Position numbers and translations under genes: made by a program
Notes under the pieces: generated by a model
Seen by the model: the letters and a program-made list of their open reading frames with translations, nothing else
Told to the model about the DNA's origin: nothing
Databases searched by the model: none
NCBI GenBank assembly: GCA_052168235.1
Contig: JBQLZK010000002.1
Location: forward strand, 224,001 to 288,000
Direction of reading: 5' to 3'
Length of the DNA stretch: 64,000 bases
From: Thainema sp.
Lineage (GTDB): Bacteria > Cyanobacteriota > Cyanobacteriia > Phormidesmidales > Phormidesmidaceae
Shown: in pieces, positions 11,271 through 22,031 of the stretch
Layout: each line of letters opens with the position of its first letter
Numbering within the stretch: position 1 is the first letter of the stretch

Positions 11271-12002
11271 GTGGCTGTTTCAAAAGGTTTAGCAGTTGGA
11301 TTGGTGGCCTTGGCCACCGTGCTATCCGCACCCTCTGCCTTTGCCGCTGGATTTTCACCAATTGAACAAGAAGGTGAAATTGATGTCGGTTTGGGGTGTA
11401 TAGATAGCCAGCAATGCTTTTCGTCCAGTTCGCTCCCATTCATCGAAAGCATTATTTCGCTGACGGATGCTTCTACCGGATCTCGGAGTCGCCTGTTTAT
11501 TGATACGTTATCGACAAAGAATCAGTATGGATCGTCTGTGAAGCTACAAAAGAAGGATGCTGGCACCAATCATCAGGGTTTTTGGTTCCGACCCTCTGAA
11601 TACAACGAGGCAACGGGTCAGTCTGAAGAGAAAGGTCAGTTGGAAGTGGGTACGTTCACCTTCCTGTTTGAGGATCTGTTGTCAAACTTGACCATTGACT
11701 TTTTTGATACCGAATTCCTGAATTCGACGGGTGTTCTGGCGATTAACGGAGTCAACCTATCCACCCCCGATTGGATTGCGAAAGGGCCGAATGGCAACAT
11801 TGGAAGTCTGACTTACCAAAACGTTCAGTCAATTACCCTGAAATTGGGTAATGATACCGTCAAAGGGACAGGCGATGGAGTCAACTTCCGGTTTTCAAAT
11901 ATTGAAGTGGCGGATGTTCCAGAACCCGCTACGCTGATTGGTTTGATGGGAGTTGGTGCATTGGGAACTTTGGTGACCAAGCGCCGTACCAATGCGGCTT
12001 AA
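11271..12002 (+). CDS. LEVG-family PEP-CTERM exported protein
   Basis: GTG start after GGAGG; signal peptide; EEKGQLEVG motif; VPEP + TM helix + KRR tail. ORF-track start at 10935 looks too far upstream. Confidence 0.85.
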   Translation: MAVSKGLAVGLVALATVLSAPSAFAAGFSPIEQEGEIDVGLGCIDSQQCFSSSSLPFIESIISLTDASTGSRSRLFIDTLSTKNQYGSSVKLQKKDAGTNHQGFWFRPSEYNEATGQSEEKGQLEVGTFTFLFEDLLSNLTIDFFDTEFLNSTGVLAINGVNLSTPDWIAKGPNGNIGSLTYQNVQSITLKLGNDTVKGTGDGVNFRFSNIEVADVPEPATLIGLMGVGALGTLVTKRRTNAA

Positions 12003-12040
12003 ATTGCGATAAGGCAGTACAGCCCCAATTAAAGCCAACG

Positions 12041-12086
12041 CAAAACGAAAAAATCGGTGGACTTAACCCACCGATTTTTTCGTTTT
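12041..12086. terminator. Bidirectional terminator-like hairpin
   Basis: aaaacgaaaaaatcggtgg...ccaccgattttttcgtttt. Confidence 0.7.
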
Positions 12087-12198
12087 CTTAACAATTCAGC
12101 GATTTAATCGGGATGGACAATCAACGTTAGTGTAATTGACAGGTGTAATTGGTTGCGATCGCAGTTAGTCGGAACACGGATGCCGTTTTCTGCGTCGC

Positions 12199-14385
12199 TT
12201 GCCAAGATGTGCGGTAAAGATTTGTAAAGATGGATCTAGACCCCATCGCCTGCTGACTCAGCAAATAAGGAGGCTTATGCACGTTGTTCAACTTCTCCAA
12301 CGCGCCATCTGGCCTTACATTCAGCTATTAATGTCGTTTGGCTGTCCTGGCCAACTTAGCCAACTCAGTGGTGGACTATTCAAATGGTGGAAACGCCGAC
12401 TTGCGATCGCAAGTGGATTTCTACTGGGCGTTTATCTAATTTTGGGAGCCGTTTTTCCGGCACAAAGTCAAGCTTTCATCCATTATGGGCCGTCTCAACC
12501 CGTTATCGTCGCTCAAGCTGAGGGTATGCTTCCCGTTCCCAATGCGGATGAGTCGGACGATGAGGCTGATGCAACCTCAGCAGAATCGGCTGATGCGGAG
12601 GAAGTACCGGATACAATCAACAGCCCAATCGCAGATATCAGAGAAGAAATTGGCAACTTTTTGCCGCCGACGCCTCAGGTTAGTCAGGGTGTCATTCGCT
12701 TTGATGGTCATACAGACATTATTGTGGGCGTTTCCGCTGCCTCTGAAGGGCAAAACAGACTGGCGCTTCAGCAGCGAATTCGGGAAATTCGGCAGCGTCT
12801 GTATCAAATTGCCCGCACGAATTTTGATCCAGATCAGCTAGACGTTATCGTGGCAGGCGACTCGCAAACAGGCCGGAATCCAATTGTTTATGTGAACAGC
12901 CCGGTCTTTGACGGGCCACAGTATCTAATGACGGTGACCAGTGCCGATGCCAAAGTGCTGGGTGTGGATGATCCTTGGCAGCGGGCTGATGATATTCGAG
13001 CTGAAGTTGAGCGAGGGCTGATTCGCTTCAAACAAGAGCGGCAACCGGACATGGTGCTGCGCCAAAGTGCAATGGCCGGTGGATTGCTGTTGCTGCTGGC
13101 TTTTGGGAGTTGGGGCATTGTCCGGCTGCAGCGTCGAGTGATGCGAGAACGAGCGCGGCTGAAATCGGAGAGTAAGACCCAGTCATCTCCGACTGGCCCA
13201 CCCGATGTTGAAGTCGATGGCAATGGTGATGTTGCGATCGCAACTCCGAACCCATCAATAACTGGCAGCAGTAGCACCACAACTCCAGGTGAACCCCATC
13301 GGCTTACCACGGCCCTGCGGCAGCAGATGGCAACTCAGCAGCGGCGCACCGTGTTGGATATTCTGCGCCCCATTCTGCAGGTGATTCAGGTTGTACTTTG
13401 GGGGGCTGGACTCTATTTCGTTTTGGGCTTAATTCCCTACACGCGCTGGATTCAGCCGATTTTGGTTACGATTATGCCACTGCCGCTCCAGTTGCTGGCG
13501 CTGTTTTGGGGAACCAATGTGCTGATTCGTCTGAGTGCGGCCTTAGTGGATCGGTCACTTTTGGCGCTGCAAGACCGGATGGTGCTGTCCCCTGAAGCGA
13601 GTCAGCGGATGGCGCTGCGGTTTTCGACCTTTTCCCAGGTAATGCGCAGCGTAATTGCATTTTTCCTATGGGCGATCGCAACATTGATTGGCTTGTCGAT
13701 TGTCGGCATCCAGGTTGCGCCCCTGATTGCGGGTGCTGGACTTTTAGGTTTGGGAATTTCCTTTGCCTCTCAGAACTTAATTAAAGATGTGATCAACGGC
13801 TTCTTCATTCTGGTGGAAGACCAGTATGGGGTTGGCGACGTCGTGGTGATTGGCGATGTGGCTGGATTTGTCGAAAATATGAATCTGCGGATTACACAGC
13901 TACGGAATGAAGAGGGACGGCTGATTACCATTCCTAACAATACGATCACGGTGGTGCAAAACCTGTCGAAGGAATGGTCGCGAGTTGACTTGATGATTGA
14001 CGTGGCCCATTCTGCTGACATCGACCAAGCACTGCTGCTGATTAAAGAAACGGCTTATGACATGACTGAAGATCGGCAGTGGCGATCGCTGATTCTCGAA
14101 CCACCATCATTACTTGGCGTTGATCGGTTGGACTATCGCGGTGCAACGGTGCGGATTTGGATTAAAACCCAACCGCTGAAGCAGTGGGAAGTCGCCCGTG
14201 AATATCGCCGCCGCTTGAAAATTGCCTTTGACCAAGCCGGAATTGAAATCGCTGCACCACAGCAGTGGATTACATTCCAAAATATGCTGAATACTCACTC
14301 GCCTCGCTCAGATGATCAATCCCACACCAACGGCCATCATCAGTTGCCATCTGATGCCCAATCCGGTAGTCAAGTTCCAGACTAG
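12199..14385 (+). CDS. Mechanosensitive channel MscS family with long N-terminal extension (start uncertain; ATG 12277 plausible)
   Basis: GLGISFASQNLIKDVINGFFILVEDQYGVGDVV, NLRITQLR, IPN motifs. Confidence 0.88.
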   Translation: MPRCAVKICKDGSRPHRLLTQQIRRLMHVVQLLQRAIWPYIQLLMSFGCPGQLSQLSGGLFKWWKRRLAIASGFLLGVYLILGAVFPAQSQAFIHYGPSQPVIVAQAEGMLPVPNADESDDEADATSAESADAEEVPDTINSPIADIREEIGNFLPPTPQVSQGVIRFDGHTDIIVGVSAASEGQNRLALQQRIREIRQRLYQIARTNFDPDQLDVIVAGDSQTGRNPIVYVNSPVFDGPQYLMTVTSADAKVLGVDDPWQRADDIRAEVERGLIRFKQERQPDMVLRQSAMAGGLLLLLAFGSWGIVRLQRRVMRERARLKSESKTQSSPTGPPDVEVDGNGDVAIATPNPSITGSSSTTTPGEPHRLTTALRQQMATQQRRTVLDILRPILQVIQVVLWGAGLYFVLGLIPYTRWIQPILVTIMPLPLQLLALFWGTNVLIRLSAALVDRSLLALQDRMVLSPEASQRMALRFSTFSQVMRSVIAFFLWAIATLIGLSIVGIQVAPLIAGAGLLGLGISFASQNLIKDVINGFFILVEDQYGVGDVVVIGDVAGFVENMNLRITQLRNEEGRLITIPNNTITVVQNLSKEWSRVDLMIDVAHSADIDQALLLIKETAYDMTEDRQWRSLILEPPSLLGVDRLDYRGATVRIWIKTQPLKQWEVAREYRRRLKIAFDQAGIEIAAPQQWITFQNMLNTHSPRSDDQSHTNGHHQLPSDAQSGSQVPD

Positions 14386-14476
14386 TCGTCTGTCAAAGTA
14401 GAGATGAGGGTTGAATAACGCTAAATCGCTAAATACTGATGCCGAGGATGCTTGAATTTGCCCGATCCGTCAATCA

Positions 14477-15328
14477 ATGCGCTCAATCATTCCGGTAGAC
14501 GTTAGAGTAGACAGTAGAGAAATACGCAAATCCTCAAAAAGTGGAACCGTGGAACAAGAAGTTATCACCCTGCTATCCAGTCGTGAAATTGAAAAGATGC
14601 GGCAGGCCGGACGCTTGGCGGCTGAATTGCTCGATTATCTGGAACCTATGGTTAAACCTGGGGTCAGCACTCTTGAGCTAAATGATGCGGCTGAAGCCTG
14701 GACACAGGAACATGGTGCGATTAGCGCTCCACTTGGCTACCACGGTTTCCCGAAGTCAATTTGCACTAGCATTAACGAAGTGGTCTGCCACGGTATTCCC
14801 AGCGCCAAGGAAATCCTGCAAGATGGCGACATCATTAATATTGACGTGACGCCGATTGTCGATGGCTACCACGGGGATACGTCAAAGACCTTTTTCGTGG
14901 GCGAGCCGTCACCCGTGGCGAAAAAGCTAGTGCAGGTGACAGAGGAATGTTTGCGACGTGCAATTTCGGTGGTCAAACCGGGCGCTCGCGTCGGTGACAT
15001 TGGTGCTGCCATTCAGCAGTATGCCGAAGCACAGGGATTTTCGGTCGTGCGTGATTTTGTCGGTCATGGGGTGAATCGCACGTTCCACACTGCACCGCAG
15101 ATTCCCCACTATGGTAAGAAAGGCACGGGGCGTAAGCTTCGCAAGGGCATGGTATTTACCATTGAGCCGATGATTAACGAAGGCACCTACGAAGTTGAAG
15201 TCTTAGATGATGGCTGGACGGCTAAGACAAAAGACCGTAAGCTGTCGGCTCAGTTTGAACATACGATCGCAGTTACCAACGACGGAGTTGAGATTTTAAC
15301 CTTGGCTCCCGCTAGCGTTGTTGCCTAA
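14477..15328 (+). CDS. map: Methionine aminopeptidase type I (true start may be a downstream GTG)
   Basis: SICTSINEVVCHGIP, DGYHGDTS, GHGV, FTIEPMIN, SAQFEHTI. Confidence 0.96.
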   Translation: MRSIIPVDVRVDSREIRKSSKSGTVEQEVITLLSSREIEKMRQAGRLAAELLDYLEPMVKPGVSTLELNDAAEAWTQEHGAISAPLGYHGFPKSICTSINEVVCHGIPSAKEILQDGDIINIDVTPIVDGYHGDTSKTFFVGEPSPVAKKLVQVTEECLRRAISVVKPGARVGDIGAAIQQYAEAQGFSVVRDFVGHGVNRTFHTAPQIPHYGKKGTGRKLRKGMVFTIEPMINEGTYEVEVLDDGWTAKTKDRKLSAQFEHTIAVTNDGVEILTLAPASVVA

Positions 15329-15347
15329 CTGAATGCAACCTGAAAAC

Positions 15348-15382
15348 AGAAAAGTTCCACTGTTATGCGGTGGAACTTTTCT
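15348..15382. terminator. Bidirectional terminator between convergent genes
   Basis: agaaaagttccac...gtggaacttttct. Confidence 0.65.
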
Positions 15383-15387
15383 GGCTT

Positions 15388-16524
15388 TTAAAGCTTTTGC
15401 ACAATGAGCTGATGGGACTGATGCAGGATTTGGTACTGACCGTGAAAGCTTTGCAGGAAGGCATCAATTCCCAGCTTGGGGTTTAGGTGGTTTGCATCTG
15501 AAAAGACAAAATCATAGTCATCAAATACCAAAAGGCCGCCGGATTTCAGTAAGCGCCAGCTCAGAACGGCATCTTCCAAAACCTGATGGGTTTGATGCTC
15601 GCCGTCAACATAAATTAGGTTGTAGGACTCCCACGGTAGCTCGCGCAGGGCGTGCTCGGATTTGGCCTTGAGTTTGGTTACGGTAGCGGGTGAAGCTGAG
15701 CGGGCAATATTTTGATCAAAGCGCTGTTCGACCGTGGTCAGGATATCGGCGGGAAACGTTTGATGTTCGGTGCTGCCTAGGAATGGATCAATGCAGGTAA
15801 TACTGTCTTCCGGTTGAGTCAGCATATTGTCTAGAAACCAGCAGGTAGCGCGGCCTTCCCAAGCTCCGATTTCGAGGAAAGCCCAGGCTGACGTGCGGGG
15901 TAACTGCTGGATGAGCGGCTGTAGGTGGGCAATATTGGGGCTAAACCAGTCGGAGGTGAAGTGATAGCCCCGCTGGGCAACTTTGAGCTGATACTGAGCT
16001 TGTAAATGGTCGGGCTGATGCTGCAATACCTGCTGATACTGTTCAATTGCTGGATTGAACTGAGCCTGAAAGGCATACATTAGCCCGAGACGGTAGTGGC
16101 ACACGATTGGGTATTCCAGAGAAAGAGACGCGATCTCACCCGTTTCATCCTTATCTTTATCTTTATTCTCATCCTTATCTTTATCTTTATTCTTATCCTC
16201 CCCTTTCGCTTGTACCAGCCGAATGGCTGCTTGCAAATCCTCTGCCGCTTGAGCGTAGCGCCACTGGCGCGCTAGGGCCACGCTGCGGTTGTAATAGGCT
16301 TCTGAATAGTGAGGGCGGAGGCGAATCGCTTCAGCATAATCGTGTAGTGCAGCGTCTAGTTGCCCCAATTGAAAATAGAGAATGCCGCGATTACAGTAGG
16401 CTTCTGCCAAATTGGGATTGAGCTGAATCGCCTGGGTATAGGCGGTTAAGGCTGACGTGCGATCGCAAATTTGGGCATATTGATTGGCTAGGTTGTAATA
16501 GGCAATGGCGTTTGTGGCATCCAT
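15388..16524 (-). CDS. TPR repeat protein fused to class I SAM-dependent methyltransferase
   Basis: TPR repeats (AEAYCNRG, EAYYNRS); FLEIGAWEG, IYVDGEH, GGLLVFDDY; KD-rich hexamer repeat linker. Confidence 0.8.
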   Translation of the reverse strand: MDATNAIAYYNLANQYAQICDRTSALTAYTQAIQLNPNLAEAYCNRGILYFQLGQLDAALHDYAEAIRLRPHYSEAYYNRSVALARQWRYAQAAEDLQAAIRLVQAKGEDKNKDKDKDENKDKDKDETGEIASLSLEYPIVCHYRLGLMYAFQAQFNPAIEQYQQVLQHQPDHLQAQYQLKVAQRGYHFTSDWFSPNIAHLQPLIQQLPRTSAWAFLEIGAWEGRATCWFLDNMLTQPEDSITCIDPFLGSTEHQTFPADILTTVEQRFDQNIARSASPATVTKLKAKSEHALRELPWESYNLIYVDGEHQTHQVLEDAVLSWRLLKSGGLLVFDDYDFVFSDANHLNPKLGIDAFLQSFHGQYQILHQSHQLIVQKL

Positions 16525-16601
16525 TTTAGATTGATTTTGGATTTTGGGTTTTAGATTTTAGGTTTTAGATTTTAGGTTTTAGATTTTGGATTTTAGGTTT
16601 T
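16523..16601. repeat. Heptamer tandem repeat (STRR-like)
   Basis: About ten ttttaga/ttttagg/ttttgga units directly upstream of the TPR gene start. Confidence 0.85.
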
Positions 16602-16603
16602 AC

Positions 16604-16631
16604 GTAGGGGCGAATGGTCATTCGCCCTTAC
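16604..16631. repeat. GTAG-type REP-like palindrome
   Basis: gtaggggcgaatggtcattcgcccttac; near-identical copy at 34357-34384. Confidence 0.8.
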
Positions 16632-16729
16632 GCGATAGGTCAGGCTGCGTCAGGATTGTCGTTGAATCGGTGAAATGATCCTGCTTTTGGGGTGTATTGG
16701 GTACTGTTGGCTGATCGACTGGGTTTTGT

Positions 16730-17989
16730 TTAACTGACGCTGGGGACGACTTCGGGATTAGTGATTGGGAGATGGAGTCCCTGGACTTCGGCAGCATCGC
16801 AAACGGCGGCATCGCGAATTTGTTCACGCAGATCGGGCATGACAGCTAACGCTCTTGTCCAGTCGGGAATCTGAGCCCCGTAGGGATTGGAGAAATAGCG
16901 TTCTCCGGCGTCAACAATCACCTTTTCAAACAGTTCAATCGTTACCTCTTCTTGGTGACGGTCGTAGCGCAGGTGGTTGAAGGATGCGTCTACAAAGTAT
17001 TGCCGGGTAAAGTCTTGCGCCTCGCGGCGATACTTGACCCGCAGGGTGTGAATGTGATCCATTGACACCACCACCTGCTCGGTTTCCGTCAGGGTGCGTA
17101 GAATTGACTGGAAAATGTCGCGGCACATTTTCTGCAAGCCATCATCAGTGCTCTGGCCGAGGGACTGGTGCTTATGCTCAAAGAAGCCTAAATCGACTTG
17201 AGCAATCCGCTTCTGCGCCACGCCGCGATAGACTTCCGCCAAGAGGCCAATTTCGAGGCCCCAGTTGCCGGGAATACGGATATTCAGCGCCAAATCGCTG
17301 GTCATGGCAAACTCGCCCGACAGCGGATAGCGGAACGCACTCAGGTAGCGCAGATAGTTCCGATAGCCAAAGCTATCAATTAAAGCATCGAGGAGCGGAA
17401 TGACAAACAGCCGCACCACCCGACCATGCATACTGCGGGGTTGATCGTCACTAATGCGGGCGTAGTATGCCTTGTTGAAGGCAATACCAAATTCCTGCTC
17501 CAGCAGCGGAAACAGCAATTTTAAGGGATAAGAACGGTCATAGGTGACGATGTCCGCATCATGAAGTGCGATCGCATCTGCTTGTAACGACGCTACGCCT
17601 AAACCCAGCCAAACGGCGCGACCTTTGCCTTTGAATTTGAGCAGATCCAAACCGCGATCGCGCAGATTTTCCAAAATGTGAGTGATGCGCGGCCCATTCT
17701 CCCAAATTACCAGCACGGTCTGCGGCATCGAGTCGAAGAACTTGACCGCATGGGTATACTGCTCAACCGTTTGGGCATAGAGACAAATAACGACCGTATG
17801 CACAAACTGACACTGGCTTAGCTGATCCCGGATTTTTTGCAGAGCTGGACGCTCTAATTCCTCATATAGAGCCGGAATCAGTACAGCCGTTGGCGATCGC
17901 TCACTCAGCTTGGTGACTTGAGCCTCAAGCAAGTCCAAATCACAACCTAAATCATGAATCGTTGTAATTAATTCCTGTTTATAATCCAT
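16730..17989 (-). CDS. gpgS: Glucosyl-3-phosphoglycerate synthase-like glycosyltransferase
   Basis: MDYKQELITTIHD start, GKGRAVW, HDADI, GRVVRLFV.PL, YPLSGEF, WGLEIG, EHKHQ motifs; divergent from a GH13_18 phosphorylase. Confidence 0.75.
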   Translation of the reverse strand: MDYKQELITTIHDLGCDLDLLEAQVTKLSERSPTAVLIPALYEELERPALQKIRDQLSQCQFVHTVVICLYAQTVEQYTHAVKFFDSMPQTVLVIWENGPRITHILENLRDRGLDLLKFKGKGRAVWLGLGVASLQADAIALHDADIVTYDRSYPLKLLFPLLEQEFGIAFNKAYYARISDDQPRSMHGRVVRLFVIPLLDALIDSFGYRNYLRYLSAFRYPLSGEFAMTSDLALNIRIPGNWGLEIGLLAEVYRGVAQKRIAQVDLGFFEHKHQSLGQSTDDGLQKMCRDIFQSILRTLTETEQVVVSMDHIHTLRVKYRREAQDFTRQYFVDASFNHLRYDRHQEEVTIELFEKVIVDAGERYFSNPYGAQIPDWTRALAVMPDLREQIRDAAVCDAAEVQGLHLPITNPEVVPSVS

Positions 17990-18384
17990 CCACTCGCTCC
18001 GGTGCAGAACTGATAATGAATCCGCGTGTGAGAACGCGATTTTCGGCAAACTGCGATCGCTAGCCTTGCGTCAAAAGCCATATTGGGATTTTATTGCTCG
18101 ATCTCGCATGTCGTTGCCGAAAATCAACCATAAACCTACTTTTTAAGAAAATATAAAACCTTTGAAATTGAAAGCTCAAATGATACAGAAGCATAAAACT
18201 GCATCAGATTTAGCGCCATCCTCTTAGAAAAACTGATAGAACAGCCAACAATAAGGGGTTGCTAGGATCGAGTGAATGGCTACAAGCCTTACGTTGCAGA
18301 CTCAGCAGCTTATTTTCTGTATTTGTTTATCATTTGTTCACCATTTGTTGAACACCCTGTTAAAAGCTCCCAATTTGAGGTCTT

Positions 18385-20181
18385 ATGACAAAGTCTATCC
18401 AGCCACAAACTGAAACCGTCGAACGCTATAGCGCTTTTGCGATGAAGGTTCGCCCCTTTCTTGAACGGCTTTATGATGCCGCGATTGTCGATGATGTCAC
18501 CCATCGCCTGTATGTCCTATTTCAAGAACATGTTTCTGTTGCTGTTGAAGAAGACTTAAATAAATGGAGCAACAACAACATTTTGCTGATTACTTACGGT
18601 GACAGCATTACCCACCCTGGTGAACAACCGCTAAAGACACTGGGTACCTTTCTCAAGGAACATCTAGATGATGTTATTACAGGCGTTCATATCCTGCCGT
18701 TCTTCCCGTACAGTTCGGACGATGGATTTGCGGTGATTGACTATCTTCAGGTCAACCCAGAATTAGGCGATTGGTCAGACATCAAACAGATTTCGGAAGA
18801 TTTCAACCTGATGTTTGATCTGGTCATTAACCATGTTTCGAGTCAACACGCCTGGTTTCAGCAGTTTAAACGGGGTGAAAAACCAGGCTGTGATTATTTC
18901 ATCACCATTGATCCAACTGATCCAACGATTGATGTGTCGCAGGTGGTTCGCCCCCGCAGTTCACAACTGTTGGCTAAAGTCGATACGGTTAACGGTGAGA
19001 GGCATGTCTGGGCGACATTTAGCCCCGATCAGGTTGATGTCAATTTTGCTAATCCTGATGTCTTGGTTGAATTCTTCAAAATTATTCTGTTCTACGTCCA
19101 GGCGGGCGCACGCTACATTCGCCTGGACGCAGTGGGCTTTTTGTGGAAAAAACTGGGCACGCCCTGCATTCACCTGGTGGAAACCCACATGGCCATTCGG
19201 CTAATGCGGGAACTGCTGCAAATGATCGATCCGGGCATTGCGATCATTACCGAAACCAACGTGCCGAACCGAGAAAATCTCAGCTACTTCGGCAACCGCA
19301 ACGAAGCCCACATGATCTACAACTTCAGCCTGCCGCCGCTGGTGCTGAATGCGCTGATGCAGGGGCGCTCGGATCACCTGAAAACCTGGATGATGAGTAT
19401 GCCGCCTGCTCCAGTCGGCTGTGCCTATTTCAACTTCACGGCTTCTCATGATGGCATTGGGCTACGACCGACGGAAGGACTGCTCGACGAGAAGGAATAT
19501 GTTGAACTGCTGGCCACGATGAGAAAATTTGGTGGTCGGATCAGCATGCGGAGCAAACCGGACGGTAGCGAAAGCCCTTACGAAATCAATATTGCCCTAT
19601 TCGATGCCATGAAGGGCACGGTGAAGGGAGAAGACGAATGGCAAATTCAACGTTTTCTCTGTTCCCAAACGATCATGATGTCGGTCGAGGGGATTCCAGC
19701 CTTCTACATTCATAGCCTCTTAGCCACACCCAATTATGCAGAAGGGGTTGAACAAACAGGCATTAATCGCACGATTAATCGCTACAAGTGGAACTATGAA
19801 GACCTGGAGCAAAAGCTGAGCGACCCGACGACACCGCAGGCGATCGTGCTGAAGGAACTGAGCCGATTAATTAAAATTCGGCGTCAGCAAGGAGCCTTCC
19901 ATCCCAATGCGACGCAGTATACGCTGCATCCGGGTAATCCAGCGCTCTTTGCCTTTTGGCGGCAGAGCATGTCTCGCGATCAGAGCATTTTCTCGGTGCA
20001 TAACCTGTCGGATCAGGTGCAAGAACTTCGGCTGTCTGACCTGAATTTGGTTTGCATTGACCCGTGGTGCGATTTGATTAGCGGCGAGTGTTTTGATGAT
20101 ATTTATGCTGTGATTCACCTACAGCCCTATCAGTCGATGTGGATTACCAACAAGTTTGAACTATCCAGTGATTTGACCTAA
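18385..20181 (+). CDS. GH13_18 sucrose/glucosylglycerate phosphorylase family
   Basis: LITYGD, VHILPFFPYSSDDGF, DLVINH, RLDAVGF, ITETNVP, ASHDGIG. Confidence 0.85.
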   Translation: MTKSIQPQTETVERYSAFAMKVRPFLERLYDAAIVDDVTHRLYVLFQEHVSVAVEEDLNKWSNNNILLITYGDSITHPGEQPLKTLGTFLKEHLDDVITGVHILPFFPYSSDDGFAVIDYLQVNPELGDWSDIKQISEDFNLMFDLVINHVSSQHAWFQQFKRGEKPGCDYFITIDPTDPTIDVSQVVRPRSSQLLAKVDTVNGERHVWATFSPDQVDVNFANPDVLVEFFKIILFYVQAGARYIRLDAVGFLWKKLGTPCIHLVETHMAIRLMRELLQMIDPGIAIITETNVPNRENLSYFGNRNEAHMIYNFSLPPLVLNALMQGRSDHLKTWMMSMPPAPVGCAYFNFTASHDGIGLRPTEGLLDEKEYVELLATMRKFGGRISMRSKPDGSESPYEINIALFDAMKGTVKGEDEWQIQRFLCSQTIMMSVEGIPAFYIHSLLATPNYAEGVEQTGINRTINRYKWNYEDLEQKLSDPTTPQAIVLKELSRLIKIRRQQGAFHPNATQYTLHPGNPALFAFWRQSMSRDQSIFSVHNLSDQVQELRLSDLNLVCIDPWCDLISGECFDDIYAVIHLQPYQSMWITNKFELSSDLT

Positions 20182-20241
20182 TTCAAAACTTGGACTGGTG
20201 GGCGATGCCCATCCTACAGATTACTACCAGTTACTACCAGT

Positions 20242-20291
20242 AAAAAGAGGAGGATTTGTCGCTGCATGACAGCGACAAATCCTCCTCTTTT
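20242..20291. terminator. Long terminator-like hairpin
   Basis: aaaaagaggaggatttgtcgctg-catga-cagcgacaaatcctcctcttttt. Confidence 0.7.
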
Positions 20292-20432
20292 TGATTTATC
20301 AGTCAAAAAATCTGATTCTGCTAATTGGACTTCGTAGACAGTATCAATAGTTGACATATATCCCACGACCGGATGATCGTTTGGGGGACAGGTTATACTA
20401 CGTCACAGCATGATCACTTAGCAGGAGAGTGT

Positions 20433-22010
20433 ATGCGAGCACTGCTAGTTTATCCACAGTTTCCAAAGACCTTCTGGTCTTATGAGAAGATTCTCGAATT
20501 GGTAAATCGTAAGGTGCTTCTACCTCCCCTGGGTTTGATTACGGTGGCGGCGATTCTGCCCCAAACCTGGGAGTTCAAGCTGGTTGACCGCAATATTCGC
20601 GCCGTTACAGAGGACGAATGGCAGTGGGCCGATATTGTGATTATGTCCGGCATGATTGTCCAGAAAGCGGACATGATCGACCAAATTGCGATCGCAAAAC
20701 GCTACGGTAAGCGCGTGGCGGTTGGTGGCCCTTACCCCACCTCCATGCCCCAAGACATGGAAGCGGCTGGGGTTGATTATTTAATTTTGGACGAGGGTGA
20801 GATTACCCTGCCCATGTTCGTAGATGCGATCGCGCGCGGCGAAACCAGCGGACGCTTCACCTCTGGCGGCGAAAAACCAGATGTCACTAGCACCCCCATT
20901 CCCCGCTATGACCTGCTGGAGATGAGCGCGTATGATTCGATGTCCGTCCAGTTTTCGCGCGGCTGTCCCTTCCAGTGCGAATTCTGCGACATTATTGTCC
21001 TCTATGGACGCAAGCCGCGCACCAAAACTCCCGAACAGCTTCTGGCTGAACTGAACTATCTCTACGAACTCGGCTGGCGCGGCGGCGTGTTCATGGTGGA
21101 CGACAACTTTATTGGCAACAAGCGCAACGTCAAGCAGCTTTTAGCCCAATTGAAAGATTGGCAGGCTGAGCGTCAGTATCCCTTCCGATTTGATACCGAA
21201 GCCTCGCTGGATCTGGCCGAAGATGACGAGATGATTGATCTGATGCTGGAGTGTAACTTTGCTGCCGTGTTTATGGGCATTGAAACGCCTGACACCGACA
21301 GCCTCCAGTTGACCAAGAAATTTCAAAATATGCGATCGCCCCTGCTGGAGTCCATCGACAAGGTGACACATGCTGGTTTACGAGTGATTGCCGGATTCAT
21401 TATCGGCTTTGATGGCGAAAAGCCTGGTGCCGGACAGCGGATTGTCGAATTTGCCGAGATTACGGGCATTCCCACAACTACCTTTGCCATGCTGCAAGCC
21501 CTGCCGAATACAGCGCTGTGGTATCGGCTGGAGCTAGAAGGTCGGCTGCGCGCTCAAGATGGCAACATCAATCAGACTACGCTGATGAACTTTGTGCCAA
21601 CTCGTCCGGTGGAAGACATTGCTCGCGAGTACGTCAGCGCCTTCCGCCAGCTTTATGAACCAACTCAGTATCTCAACCGGGTCTATCGCTATTTCCTGAA
21701 GCTGGGTGCGCCTAGAGTTCGTCCCGCGTTTAGCTGGCCTGAATGGGTTGTTGTGCGAGCATTAACTCTCGTTTGCTGGCGACAGGGCGTTGTTCGTTCC
21801 ACCCGCTGGCTATTTTGGCACCACCTTTTCCACATTTTGATTAAGAACCCCGGTGTAGCTGAGCAGTACATCACCGTCTGCGCTCACAACGAGCATTTCC
21901 TGGAATACCGCGACATTGTGCAGCAGCAAATTGAAAGCCAACTGGCTGAGTTTGCGGCCCAAGGCGGCGATCAGCAGCCAGCGGAGCGGGATGAGTTGGT
22001 ATCTGCTTAG
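20433..22010 (+). CDS. B12-binding domain radical SAM protein (DUF4070 type)
   Basis: PPLGLITVAA, GGPY, SRGCPFQCEFC, VDDNFIGN; ATG after AGGAGA. Confidence 0.9.
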   Translation: MRALLVYPQFPKTFWSYEKILELVNRKVLLPPLGLITVAAILPQTWEFKLVDRNIRAVTEDEWQWADIVIMSGMIVQKADMIDQIAIAKRYGKRVAVGGPYPTSMPQDMEAAGVDYLILDEGEITLPMFVDAIARGETSGRFTSGGEKPDVTSTPIPRYDLLEMSAYDSMSVQFSRGCPFQCEFCDIIVLYGRKPRTKTPEQLLAELNYLYELGWRGGVFMVDDNFIGNKRNVKQLLAQLKDWQAERQYPFRFDTEASLDLAEDDEMIDLMLECNFAAVFMGIETPDTDSLQLTKKFQNMRSPLLESIDKVTHAGLRVIAGFIIGFDGEKPGAGQRIVEFAEITGIPTTTFAMLQALPNTALWYRLELEGRLRAQDGNINQTTLMNFVPTRPVEDIAREYVSAFRQLYEPTQYLNRVYRYFLKLGAPRVRPAFSWPEWVVVRALTLVCWRQGVVRSTRWLFWHHLFHILIKNPGVAEQYITVCAHNEHFLEYRDIVQQQIESQLAEFAAQGGDQQPAERDELVSA

Positions 22011-22031
22011 AGGTTTGGCTGTTCGTAGTTT

